Source: Malacoraja senta (Eukaryota). Taken from it: DNA of 64,000 bases. Location: NCBI GenBank assembly GCA_038087875.1, contig CM075982.1, positions 26,722,001-26,786,000 on the forward strand, written 5' to 3'. The notes beneath the pieces are model-generated. The model did no database searches, was not told the DNA's origin, and saw nothing but the letters and a program-made list of their open reading frames with translations. Below, piece after piece: positions 11,972 to 25,125 of the stretch (its first letter is position 1; each line of letters begins with the position of its first letter). Made by a program: the position numbers and the translations under genes.

Positions 11972-13297
11972 TAAATAACATAGGTGTTCTGTTTGCTGGC
12001 ATTTGATGTGAATGGATTTAGTTTCAATACTAGGAAGAACTTTGTGCTTTCTGCCATGTGACTGATCATGTGCATGCACACTGGGAATATTTATAGTTGG
12101 TTGCCAGCTGCTGGTTTTTGGTATTTTGCCCACTTCTCCAACTGAGGCTTTGCTGCAGGCCATTAATGCTTGTAAACAGAAAAAAATAATGTGATCCTGC
12201 TTTGTAAGAATTTTAAACATGACAAAGTTTCGTAACAAAATTTAATAGTATTCAATTTTGCACTGGAAGTTTATATTTACAGAAATTAAAATTGAGCACT
12301 TTGTCTTTTAGTTCTTAGTACAAACAAATGGAAACAATATTTTCCTATCCATACCCAAGGCTGAAGACAAATAGAATTTTTGCTGTTGCAAATTTCACGA
12401 ATAGAACAAATGTTGTTCTGGTTAAATGCTTGAGATTCAAACATTCTGGAATTTAACTGTTTTAAGATTGTTAGATCATTTTTTATCCTTTCCAGAAGGA
12501 GGATTCATTGAGAAACAATAACACATTCTCTTTTTTTCATTTGCTGATGCTCAAGATTTGTTTTGTGGAACATCATCAGCCATAATGCAATCCTGAGTTT
12601 CTACTGCTTCTAGCGTCATTTATAACCACATTTATTTACAGACTAATAGAGGCAGTGATGTGCAAAGTGGCAGAGGTGTGAATGGTTCGCATTTAAACAA
12701 ATATTAGACAAAGACATCAATTTAATTTTGCACCTTTTAAAATATTTGCATTTTTTAAGCACGCGTTTAACATATGGCTGTATCTTCTTGCTCACTCTGT
12801 ATGTGAGGAGTTCTGCACTATTTATTTTTACGCCTTAGACAGTTTCTTATAACAGAAGAAGTATGTTGTTAGTTTGTTGTTAGAATTCCAGAGAGCACAA
12901 TGACTGCAAGATTGGTTTCTCATGTTTTGAATTAAGGGAGGCAGTCTGGGACATACTGTTGGCAAAATTAACAGCTATTATCAATTTGCCCATTCAGCAG
13001 CTTGCCTTGCAAAAAAATTGTAATCTAAATGTGCAAGGGCAAGTCCAACTATCACATGCCAGGGCAAATCCTTGCTCAGTATTGTTAGTGGGCCTTAATA
13101 CAAATACTTATTCTTTAGAAGTTTGTGGAGTTGGCTTGGCAGTACTCGGATGTGGTTTAAAATATTTAATCAACTGAAGTAAGCTACTTTCCCGTGGCAT
13201 TTGTTCCTCTGCTGTGTATTCAGGAGTAAGCATTTTCCACCCCTTCAGGGGAAAACTGCTACACATCAATAATTACATTTTTTTTAAATCATTTCAG

Positions 13298-13330
13298 GAG
13301 ACTCCAAACTCTGTTCATTTGGTGATGGAG
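13298..13330 (+). CDS. ULK2: ULK2 coding exon (1st in window), kinase hinge ETPNSVHLVME
   Basis: tttcag|GAG...GAG|gtaagt; 33 bp, phase 0-0; matches ULK2 ELPNSVFLVME. Confidence 0.93.
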
Positions 13331-14870
13331 GTAAGTGGAAAAAAAACTTTAATGGCTAAAGATTTGTAATTGCAGTACAATGTAATAGTCTGCAGTCCAA
13401 TACAACATTTTAGATTTGTCCTTCCCAAACACATCACCAACAAGGTTGTCTATCTGGTGAGCATAATTATCCACTCAGATAACTTTGCTGCTATATTAGT
13501 TCTGGTCATCCACTTTAGCTGCTCCCATTTTAACTGCACAATTCACATTTTCAGGATTAGCCTGTTAATTAGCCAATGTCTGCACTGTATATGTGATGTT
13601 ACATGGCATTTGCAGTAGAGAAAGAAATGGGAAGGAATTCCACCATCACCATTAGTCATCAATGTCTGCCACTTTGCAAGTAAATATTGTTAACAGTTTC
13701 ACAAGTCGGAGAAGGGGAGTCACGTGCGCTTGGGCACAGGCCACCTACTTTCTTTCAAGCGGAGTAGAAAATTGAGAGGCCTTTATTGCTTTGCATACTG
13801 ACACAATTTTGAAGTAATTCAAAATATATACCATTACATTTAAATCAGCAAGAAAAAACCCCAATAATTCTAAGGCTGTTACTCATGACAATAGCTGCAA
13901 TATGAATTTTGCACATATCAACTGTTCTTTTTCTTTCATTAATATGGTTAATGCAAAAACATTTAAGGCATTTCTTAAATCCATTATTATATACAGCTGC
14001 TTTTTAAATCCTTCTAGGGAGCTTTTTGTGTGCTTTGTCATCTAATTCATATAAATATGTCAAATATTATATTCTGTACCTGGGATATTATTTTATTCCA
14101 TTGTATTGATGGTAATGTTAACTAAAATAGAAAATACTAAAAATACACAACGGGTCGGGCAGTGGAGAGAGAAGTAGAGATCGTTCATAAGAACAATTGT
14201 GATCTATGGTCATTGATCTAATGGGTTAACTTTCTTATTTTCTCTCCACCCGAGCTGCTGAACTTTGCCAACATTTTGATTTTATTTCTGATTTCCAGCG
14301 TATATAGGGATTTGCTTCTAAGTACAAGAGTATTTGAATTAGAGAGTATTTTCCAAGATAATAATAGTCATATATATTCATGCAATTTCCCATGCTAAAA
14401 TGCTAAAAGTTTTATCTGTGGTCACCTCTGGTGTTCTATTTTACATTCGATATGCCATTCAACCAAGAAATATTATTTGGTCCAGGACACATAATGCAAA
14501 ATTACCTATGTGATTTAAAGATAAACAAAGACACAAAATGCTGGAAATACTCAGCGGGTCATGCAACATCTCAGGCGAACACGATTAGGTGACGTTTCAG
14601 ATTGGGACCTAACAAGGGTTCTGACCCGAAAGGTCACTTATTTGTGTTTTCTTTGATAAACCAGCAACTGCAGTTTAAAAAAAAATATTGTTTAAATATA
14701 ATTTCTAGTTAGAATATAGTGATCATTGAAGTTGGGGGGAAACATCTATAACTGGTAATTAAATTTAAGGGAAAACTGTAAATGAAGCAACAATAAAAGG
14801 TATTTTAAGTTTGTGAAGAATTGTGGCTTGAATATATAATGTTTCTTTTTGTTTTTAATTTCCCACACAG

Positions 14871-14907
14871 TACTGCAATGGTGGTGACCTGGCAGATTAT
14901 CTGCAAG
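14871..14907 (+). CDS. ULK2: ULK2 exon 2 in window, YCNGGDLADYLQ
   Basis: cacag|TAC...CAAG|gtaagt; 37 bp; ULK1/2 motif. Confidence 0.97.
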
Positions 14908-16252
14908 GTAAGTTAAAACCGTCTTGATTATAAAAGGTGTATGTATTAGTTCCTGTCCCTGTGTGGTGTTCGAAGAATTCCTGTTCTAACCTGCGATTGG
15001 ATGATAGCTGCTGCTCTCATCAGAATGCAAGTTGTAAATTCAGCATTGCCCTGTTTGTACATTTGTGTATGTGATGCTGTTTTGAAGTTGATTATTAGAT
15101 ACTTGAGAAGGGGATCAGTGATGTTGAAATGTAAAGTTTTCAGAGTTAGAGGAAAACCACCTGACCAGTTTCCCTTTTACCATTTTGTCGGTTCTCTTTA
15201 TCCTATGGCACACACAGTTGGTTTCAAGATGCTGCAGCCAGTCTTTTACTTTGAGAGAAAGCAGAGGTCACCAAAATTGGGATAATTCAACTTGGGTGAT
15301 ACACTAACTTTCATGTTATGCCAGTTAGGTCAGAACATATGATCAGTAAATTAATCTGAGTCTGCAGCCTCTAGTGTAATTTTTACAAATGTGAGACTGG
15401 AGAAAAAGTGCCCTAAAAATATAACAGGATGTAATTGTTGTAACAGTTATAACAGCACTTTTGAGAACTTTTGGGGGATTTTGTTTGCTTTCTAGTCACA
15501 ATATTGCGAAAACTAATGCCATGATGCGAGAGCATATATATTCTTAAACTAATCTAAGCAGTTGAAAGAAAGTGACAACAGAGTAAATAACCCACAGTGC
15601 ACCAATTCGTAAGCTATAAAGTATCAAATTTTTACTGGATTTATCTTCCTTTCACAACTGATCCCAGTGCCATAAATCAATATTGCATAACTATTAGGAC
15701 AGACCATTTGGTCACCAGGACAAATGCATTTTGAGGTTAAGAAGTTAAGCTATAAATCATGCATCATTCTGTTGAGGTAAAGGTGCTGTCTCCACAAATT
15801 CATTTTCTCTTTGCGATCAGAAACGCATGTCCTGCAGAATGGGAAATACCTCTTCAGTCTTGCCCTGCATTAAGTACACTACTTGTCACAAATTGTGCAA
15901 GATGATACATTTACTATTAAAAATCTGGAATGCTGTAATCATTGAGCTAGTCATGCTGCACATGTGAAGAGAATAGGAAAGTTAATGTTTCAAATTTGTC
16001 CCCATCTTCGAGACGGGTTGTTCCCACTGAAAACATTACCTCTGATATTTCCATGGGTGACACAAGTATCGCTTATTTTATTTTTGGATTTGTGATAATT
16101 TGAAGTTTTTGCTTTTGAGACTTTTATTTGTTTCAGTCAGTTTAATGTTTACACTACTGTAAGTAGCACTGAAGCCATAGCGTCTTCAATAACAAATTTT
16201 ATGAGAACTCAGTACCTTATATTTTGTATTAAAACTTTTTTATTTCAAATAG

Positions 16253-16426
16253 TCAAAGGAACACTTAGTGAAGACACCATTAGAATCTTCCTCCAGCAGA
16301 TTGCAGCTGCTATGCGAATACTTCACAACAAGGGAATAATCCATCGCGATTTGAAACCACAGAATATTCTACTTTCTTACATTAACCGGAAAAAATCTAA
16401 TTTGAATGGCATTCGTGTCAAAATAG
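16253..16426 (+). CDS. ULK2: ULK2 exon 3 in window, catalytic loop HRDLKPQN
   Basis: aatag|TC...ATAG|gtaaag; 174 bp; [42 protein letters not shown]. Confidence 0.98.
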
Positions 16427-16839
16427 GTAAAGCTGAAAGATTACTACCTTTTTTGTAAAGTCGCTCTGTGCAAAGGATTGTTCCCCTGTACCTCCTTTCC
16501 GAAGAATTGTACCGTTTTGGTTATTTATGCTTTACCAGAATATTTTAAATGCATCCTTTGCAGTTTTGCACGAGAATGCCCTTTGGAGCATGAAGCACTT
16601 TGGAAGAATGATTCTATAGGCAATAATAATAATAATATTAAGTATGAGGGGCACAGATATAGTAGACAGTCAGAATCCTTTTCCCAAGATGGAGAAATTG
16701 AATACTATAAGACATAGCTTTAAGGTGAGAAGGGCAAAGTGTAAAGGAGATATGTGGTGCAATTATTCTACCATGGGTGCATGGAACTTGCTGATGGTGG
16801 TTTTAAGCAGATATGTTAGCGCCATTAAAAGGTTTTTGG

Positions 16840-18326
16840 ATATGGGTGTTTCCGTAAATAAGTGTACCGACCTGTGACATGAGTGGCCAAATTTGAAAGT
16901 TATTAAATTATAACGAAATACCATATCATTAAAAATGGGCCTACCTATGATCATTTTGCGCTAATTTGTGATCAAAATTTGGGGGGAGGGGGAAGAGAAA
17001 AAAAAATTATTTATGATTTTTTTGTTTTACTATACATAAATGAGAAAGAATACAGTAAATTTTCATCGCATTCAATATTAATTTCCTCGAAATTTGCCTG
17101 GAACCAAAAACATGTGTAGATGTTTCAATACAGTGTGCACACTTTACAACAATATAGCAACAAGCAATGAAAGCTTAACGGAATTTTAACATTTCTATCG
17201 TAAACTAGGAACAACATTTACGAGAAATGAACGAAAAAGTGAAAAAAGATTTTTAATAACCAAGCAAAAAAAAGTGAACTCAAAGTGCCCACAACGTGAC
17301 CACTTAGATACTATCTCTTCTACTGATTTCTAAGCTCCCTTGCAAAATGTCGGCACGCAACCCACTATAAGGCCCGTAGTTCAGGTCAGGGTCATTTTAA
17401 ATCGCGATTAAAAAAAATGTTATCGCGTTGACGAGATCAGAAAACGGGAGGGACAACAGAATTAGTCATCGATAAAATAGGTGAGCAAACTAGATTTTTA
17501 TTTCATGATTTCAAGTTCTATTCATTATTAAGTATTTCCATGGAAAGCTTAAACACAAAATATAAACAATTAAAAAGAAACAATATATATATAAAAACAG
17601 TTACACTGCTTTTAAATCACACATTTCACACGTGACCAAATGTGAGCTACTCACATTTTGCTGCAAAAACTTTAGGCATCAGAAAACCAGCTAAATTATA
17701 AAAATCATAAACAAAATCAGAATTTGGCTTATGGCTAATATAGAGTTATTTAATTGCAAAATTAATGTGATCTTTATAGTATAAATTAGCCTACGGATTT
17801 GATGAAATCCTGCTTGAAAAATGTCGCCAAAAAAGGCTAGAAAACATAGGGACATATCTGATATTTTTCTTTGTAAAAATAGATTTATTTATTTTTTCTT
17901 CATCTCATTATTTTGGATACACACCATGATCTATACTATTTAAAATACAGGATATGAAACAATGGGATTACTACATTAAAAAAACGGAAAATAACCTATG
18001 TTTAAGAAGGAACTGCAGATGCTGGAAAATCGAAGGTAGACAAAAATGGTGGAGAAACTCGGCGGGTGAGGCAGCATCTATGGAGCGAAGGAAATAGGCA
18101 ATGTTTCGGGTCGAAACCCTTCTTCAGAACGTTTCGGGTTGAAACCCTTCTTCAGACAGTCTGAAGAAGGGTTTTGACCCAAAACGTTGCCTATTTCCTT
18201 CGCTCCATAGATGCTGCCTCACCCGCTGAGTTTCTCCACAATTTTTGTCTACCTAGGAAAATAACCTAGAAGTTTGGAGACCTTCAGTTTCACTGCCGAG
18301 TGTTGTATTTACGGAAACACCCATAT
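16840..18326. mobile_element. Non-autonomous TIR DNA transposon (~1.49 kb including a nested insert)
   Basis: Perfect 21-bp IR ATATGGGTGTTTCCGTAAATA (16840-16860 / 18306-18326) that includes a TA or ATAT TSD; splits a CR1 tail. Confidence 0.85.
17999..18255. mobile_element. Palindromic hammerhead element, GTT subfamily, with duplicated core
   Basis: 13-bp TSD GGAAAATAACCTA at 17986-17998 and 18256-18268; nested in the TIR element. Confidence 0.88.
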
Positions 18327-18465
18327 GTATATGGATACGCAGTGAATGGAGGGATATGAGTTATGTGCAGGTAGATAAGTGGTGGTCTTGGCATCGTGTT
18401 CGGCACAGACATTGTGGGCCAAAGGCCAGATCTTGTGCCATATTGTTCTGTCTGAATTGATTGAA

Positions 18466-18754
18466 GGATACAGCGTGGAAACAGGCCCTTTCACCCACCA
18501 AGTCCACTCCGAGCATCGATCACACACACTAGTTTTATGTAATTGCATTTTTTCGCATTCACTCCCTACACATTGGGTGCCATTTAGAGAGGCCAATTAA
18601 CCTACAAACGTGCACGTCTTTGGGATGTGGGAGGAAACCCACGGGGTCACGGAGAACCTGCAAACAACACACAGACAGCACCGAGGTCAGGATCAAACCC
18701 GGGTCTCAGGCACTGTGAGGCAGCAGCTGTACCCGCTGCGCCACAGTGCCGCCC
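18466..18754 (-). mobile_element. V-SINE (HE1-like)
   Basis: RC tRNA head, V-core and CR1-type tail. Confidence 0.85.
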
Positions 18755-20224
18755 AGCCGGCTGTTCTATGTAGCGGGAAGGTGCCTTAATTCTTATGACC
18801 CATGGATGAGGAGGAATAGACTGGACCCTCGCTCTTGTTTCGTGTCCAATGGCTGTTGCTGGAAAGCGTTCGGATTATCTGCTGATTCAGCAAGACTGCC
18901 TGGATATGCTGGTCCAACAACTTTGTGACATTGCTTTCCAGGCTGTCTCCCATGACAAATGGTTCTGGGGAACAGTTATGAATGCCGTATTGCTGGCCCC
19001 CATGAGTAGTCAAGACATTTAGGAGGATTAACTCGTTTTGTTAAAATGACAAAATAGGAACACATGGTTTGACATTAATGTGAGTGGGGGAGGGATTTGA
19101 TCCAGATCTACTCTGAGAACTTGGCACAAGCATTTTAATTATTTTTTCTTTGCTGCACCATGCGTTCTCATGGAATGTTCCAAAAATTCATCCATCAGAC
19201 TGAACAATTCCAAGCATGTTATTTTCAACTTTTGCTGAAAGGCAAGTGTGAATGTGTTGGGGTTATAAACACCCTGATGGAAAAAACACACTCATCCAAT
19301 ACTAAGCAATGTCATGCTCCACTTATGGCAATCATTTGGTAAACAGACTAATTCGGTCCAGACTGTATTTTGAGTCTCCATTTTAACACAGCTCCAAGTC
19401 ACTTGCCAAAGATACTCCTCTTGGACAGGCTTTGCATTTCCAGTATTTTTTCTGTTTTTAATCAAATTGAGTTTTTTTTAATCTGGCTTCATGATGTTTA
19501 TTTTCTGTCCAATAACTCAAGACCAGTTTCTTAAAAGGGTAATGCTTACTGAGCAGATTCGAATAAAGCTGCTTTAAATGTGCAGCTTTGTTATTGCTTT
19601 TTTTTAATGCAGCGATCATTATTTTTTAAATCATTTTTGTGTATTTGTTCATATTTCCACTGTACTTGAAATGCTGATGTACAATATTAATTGAACTAAA
19701 ATGCAAGGTTATTTTTTTAATATCTCTAGTCTAGCCACCATACACCAATTCCAATTGCGTTTATACTCCATTAGATGTAAGAAAGGCTCTTTTATTCCAC
19801 TTTCTTCCATCGTTACATCTTCAGTCCTTGGTAAAGCTGAATTGCTTTGCTTAGATTTTTCTTTTGAAAAACGACCATCTTTGTGGTATTGCTGAGCCTC
19901 AGTTACCCATGCCTTTTAGTGATACCTTTTACAAGTATGGTTTGCTTCTGAACTTCCTTATTGAAAATTATTGCACTTGGAGACCACTTTGAGCTATGTG
20001 CCTAATAACTGCCACAAGTGAATATATAACTTTAGACTTTAGGGATACAGCGCGGAAACAGTCCTTTTGGCCAACTGAGTCTGCGTCGACCAGCGATCAC
20101 TGTGCACTAACACACTACACACTAGAGACAATTTGCAATTTTACTGAAGCCAATTAACCTACCTGTACATCTTTGGAGTGTGGGAGGAAACCGGAGCACC
20201 CGGGGAAAATCCATTTTATAAAAG

Positions 20225-21125
20225 ATTAGCAAAAGTGAGTGGTTTTGCAGATAATGAGGATGGTTGTGAATGATTGCAGCAGGATCTGGATCGATTGGCT
20301 AGGTGGGCGGAGGAATGGTTGATGGAATTTAATACAGAGAAGTGTGAGGTGTTGCATTTTGGGCCGTCGAAGAAGGGCAGGACCTACACAGTAAATGGCA
20401 GGCCTCTGGGTAGTGCTGTAGAGCAGAGGGATCTTGGAGTACAGGTGCATGGTTCCTTAAAGGTGGAGTCGCAGGTAGATACGGTGGTCAAAAAGGCTTT
20501 TGACATTTTGGCCTTCATCAGTCAGAGTATTGAGTAGAAATTGGGAGGTCATGTTGCAGTTGTATAACGTTGGTGAGACCGTATTTAGAATATTGTCAGT
20601 TCTGGGCACCATGTTACAGGAAAGATATTGTCAAGCTTGAAAGGGTTCAGAGAAGATTTACGAGGATGTTACCAGGACTAGAGGGTGTGAGCGAAAGGGA
20701 GAGGTTGAGTAGGCTGGGTCTCTATTCCATGGAGCCAAGGAGGATGAGGTGAGATCTTATGGAGGTTTATAAAATCATGAGCAGAATAGATCGGGTAGAT
20801 GCACAGTCTTTTGCCCAGAGTAGGGGAATCGAGGAGCAGAGGATATAGGTTCAGGGTGAAGGGGAAAAGATTTAACAGGAATCCGAGGGGTAACTTCTTC
20901 ACACAAAGGGTGGTGGATGTATGGAACAAGCTGCCAGAGAAGGTAGTTGAGGCTGGGACTATCCCATCGTTTAAGAAACAGTTAGACAGGTACATGGATA
21001 GGACAGGTTTGGAGGGATATGGACCAAGCGCAGGCAAGTGGGACTAGGGTCGCTGGGACATTGTTGGCCGGTGTGGGCGAGTTGGGCCGAAGGACCTGTT
21101 TCCACACTGTATCACGCCATGACTA
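20225..21125 (+). mobile_element. CR1 (HER1-like) LINE 3' fragment, ~900 bp
   Basis: Frameshifted RT C-terminus (QQDLDRLARWAEEWLMEFNTEKCEVLHFG; RGNFFTQRVVDVWNKLP) plus GGGCCGAAGGACCTGTTTCC tail. Confidence 0.93.
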
Positions 21126-21171
21126 TGAATACAGTTATTGTTGTTTTAAAAAAATGCTCAAATCAGTTTAA

Positions 21172-21297
<126 letters not shown>

Positions 21298-22076
21298 TAA
21301 GCAGATGGAGATTGTCGTGAAAAGGTTGCATAATCTCATGTACCACTCTACCTTATGATTAAGTAATTCTGTGCACGTGATTTTACATTCAGGTGCTTCT
21401 GTGCTTGTATATATTTTCCAGCCTCCTTATCCCCTTTGGGTATCAAGAAATCTGTGAGAAGGTGTTACTCACTCCTTGTATACCTTTGCTCATTTGGTTC
21501 CAGAGAGTTAAACATTGTGTACCGAAGATTATTCATCCTTGCAGGTCATGTGTAATGTTTCTCGGGGCAGTAGAGAATTATAAAAATGACAGAAGTGGTG
21601 AGGATATGAATTAGCCAGTTTTATTGCAGGGGATCCTGGCAATTGATTGAACATATGAGGAAGCAGCTGGAGTAAGCCATATGGCCTTTTAGTCTTGCTC
21701 TTTCATTCAGTAAGATCAGAGATAATCCTGTACCCCAGGTTCACCTTCTCACCTGATCTCCAATTTCCATTATATTTTTGGATACAAGGAAATTAATCAA
21801 CCTTGAATCTACAGGGCAATCAAGCATTCAGAATCCTAGGGTGGAATTTTAAAGAATCCGAACACAATGAGTAAAGGACTTTCCACTTGTCCCAGCCTGA
21901 GATAATTGACCAGTGATCATGTAGTTACTCCAGATTCTTCAGTGTGAATAAACTGTCTCCGGGCACTTATCCCGTCTGTCATTCTGTGAACCTTCTTGGT
22001 TAGAACTCTCATCCTTCCAAACCCCAATGAGTGCAGGCCAGGCATACTCAATGACTCGTTCTAGATTAAACCAGAG

Positions 22077-22352
22077 CCCCTGCCTCACACCGCCAGAGTC
22101 CTGGGTTTGATACTGACCTTGGGTGCTGTCTGGACTTTGCATGTTTTCCCTGTGGATTGTGGTGCTCTGGTTCCCTGTTCCTCCGGGTGCTCTGGTTTCC
22201 TCCCACATCCCAAAGACGTGTGGATCTGCAGGTTAATTGGCCTCTGTAAATTACCCCTAACGTAAAGGGGAAATGGGATGAATGGGTGATCAGTGGTCGG
22301 CGTAGACTTGGTGGGCTGAAGGACCTGTTTCCATACTGTATCTCTAAACTAA
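22077..22352 (+). mobile_element. V-SINE (HE1-like), 5' truncated
   Basis: V-core GGTTTCCTCCCACATCCCAAAGAC and CTAAACTAAA tail. Confidence 0.8.
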
Positions 22353-22424
22353 ACACTTGCCTCAGGACGCAATGATGCATTTACTTAATGATTTGATCTC
22401 TCTTCTTTCAATAGAAGTACTGGA

Positions 22425-22746
22425 AGTTTAGTTTTGAGATACTGCATGGAAACGGGCTCTTTGGCCCGCAGAGTCCATGCCATCCGTTGATTACCCGATC
22501 ACACTAGTTCTATGTGTCCCACTTTCTCATTCACTTCCAATTCATTTGGGGCAATTTTTTATGGTCTAATTAACCTACATATCCACAAGTCTATGGGATC
22601 TGGGAGGAAACCGAGCACCCGGAGGAAACCCATGTGGTCACAGGGAGAACCTGGAAATTCCTCACAGCCAGCACCCGAAGTTAGGGTTGAACCTGGAACT
22701 CTGGCCCTGTGAGGAAGCAGCTCTACCAGCTGCCATTGTGCCACCC
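22425..22746 (-). mobile_element. V-SINE (HE1-like)
   Basis: RC consensus; inverted relative to the copy about 70 bp upstream. Confidence 0.8.
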
Positions 22747-24621
22747 AAAAGATGCAAGGTTGGAATGGGTGATTAACTGAAATTCGGCAAATCTATCAGG
22801 CTACAATAAACCTAATCAATCCTGGAGCTTGCATTGAGCTTTGTTGCAAAAGTGTAAGATGTCAGGGTAGGATGGAGAATTGGAAACATGTAAAGTGAGA
22901 GGCAGTAGGAAGTGAAATAAGACTTGCAGACAGAACAAGGGTACTGTGCAAAGCGATCACCCAATCTGCATTTCTTCCCCTCAATGTAGAGGAACCCATG
23001 CCATGAGCACCAAATGCGCAAAAGGAAGGTACAGGGGAAGGGAGTCTATGGACTTGCAATGGATTTTGGTTACTGTGACAGCCCTGAAATGAAAATACAG
23101 GATTCAACAAAAGAGGAGAGAAGAGTTTGAGCCAGAAAGTGATCGCATTGTAGTAGAAATTTGGAAGTATCTTCCATATCGTTAATTAATGCTGTGGTTC
23201 ACCAGTTGATGAACCATTCAAGTTATATGTGTGGGATGAAGGAAGCAGCTCCGCTGTGGTCAATTCCTCAAAAAGAATGTTCTACGTGTCCCATAAAGAA
23301 ACTGATGCAGCTTGCATCCATGCAGACTACCTTATATTTTGAGGAAATCGGTAGAGTTAAAGGGTAAGTTGTTAATGGTGAGAACAAATTCAGCCAGACC
23401 AAGTATAGCAGTGAAAGGGAGACACAATGGACTGCAGATGTGAGAATCTTGAACAAAAAGCATACTGCTGCAAGAATGCTCAGATTGGACTCAAAATTGT
23501 CTGTCTGTTGCCCTCCACAGATGCTGGCTGACCCACTGAGTTCCTCCAGCAATGTGTTTTTTGATGGTAGTGAATCCCAAGTCCATCCTGGTCGAATTGC
23601 AATGTACTTGCTTTTTGCATTTGCTTATTTACCTGTATGATAACTCTATGCAGATCGTAGAATAGCACAATGCACACCTGCAATTACCATTTAATTTGTT
23701 TTAAAATATTTTTTTGCTTCCAAGCCTCATATTTTTCAACTTAATGCGTGATTAAAATCTATTTTGTTATCTTCCAAACCGTACTTTTTTGCCCACTTAA
23801 CATACCCGTGCCTCTTTGAAGACTTTGCTTGCTGCTCACAACTCACTTTGGCACCAGGCTTTGCTGGCATCAGCAAACTTTGCATTTATGTGATTCATTC
23901 AGATTCTGAATTAACGAGGGCCTTAGTAACAGCTTGCCAGTGTGAATAAGACTCTTTATTCCCCGTCTCTGTGCTTCAACCAATCCTCACTCTCCTTTCA
24001 GCATTTTACTCTTATTTTGTGTAGCAACCTTCTATGAGGTACGAAATGCCCTTTAAAATGCCCAGAGCATCCATGAATTCCAATTAATCTTCTGTCTTCT
24101 TACATCCTCAAAACAAAACCTCTTGCATTTGTTGACCACAGTTCAAAAAAGTGTTGATCTTGTTAGTGATCTGATTTTCATATATGTTTGTGATAAGGTT
24201 ATCACATCCATAATAGTTTTCAGTATATTAACTGAAATTAGGCAAACTTGTTCACAGATCCCTACTTTCCTTTGCTCTACTTCCTTGGTAAAACATTGCT
24301 GCATTTTCTATTTTCCAATGTACGTGGGACTATTCCTGAATCTGAGGAATGATGAACAAAAGTTTTTTTTTCTCTAAGTTGCGATAGATATTCCACAAGG
24401 TTATTAGATGATTAGAATATGAAAGGGGAATCTGCGAATCTTCGACCATGACCGCTTATTAACTATGTATTCATGACATGAAAGTAATTTCCGATTGGAA
24501 AACATACTATACCTGATGCAAGGTTTTTTTTCAGGTGTTCATAATTGAGGGTAAGTTGGTGACTAATAATCTTTAAGAACTCGTTCTTCTTTGCTACTAT
24601 TGTTCTTTTGTTTTGTTTCAG

Positions 24622-24723
24622 GCACCTGAGGTTATCATGTCACAGCACTACGATGCCAAGGCAGACCTCTGGAGTATAGGCACTGTGGTATTTCAGTGTC
24701 TTGTTGGCAAGCCTCCTTTCCAG
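24622..24723 (+). CDS. ULK2: ULK2 exon 5 in window, APE...DLWSIG
   Basis: ttcag|GCA...CAG|gtacgt; 102 bp; [34 protein letters not shown]. Confidence 0.98.
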
Positions 24724-24828
24724 GTACGTACCAAGAAGATTAATGGATTATACCATTTACTGATTTGGACTTTTTTTAAGTGATCTGGGCTAGTTGGTGG
24801 GAAACCGTTTCAAAATCCCATTATCTGT

Positions 24829-25125
24829 GGGGCGGTACGGTGGTGCAGTGGTAGAGTTGTTGTCTTACAGCACCAGAGACCAGGGTTCGATCATGACACG
24901 GGTGCTGTCTGTACGGAGTTTGTACATTCTCCCAGTGACTTTTCTCCGGGAAGCTCCGGTTTCCTCCCAAACTCCAAAGCCATACAGGTGTGTAAGTTAA
25001 TTGGCTTTGGTAATATTGTAGATTGTCCCTAGTGTATGTAGGATAGTGTGCGGGGATCGCCGGTCGGCGTGGACTGGGTGGGCCAAAGAGCCAGTTGCCA
25101 CGCTGTATCTCTAAACAAAACTAAA
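24829..25125 (+). mobile_element. V-SINE (HE1-like), full length
   Basis: A-box TGGTGCAGTGG, B-box GGTTCGATC, V-core, tail. Confidence 0.88.

Noticed and set aside
6981-13726. Isolated CRE (TGACGTCA, 6981-6988) and CLEAR-like GTCACGTG (13719-13726); scattered TGATGCAA sites elsewhere
   Set aside because: Single 8-mers are expected by chance in 64 kb and have no supporting context.
24829-24900. tRNA-like A and B boxes
   Set aside because: These are V-SINE heads continuing into the V-core, not tRNA genes.
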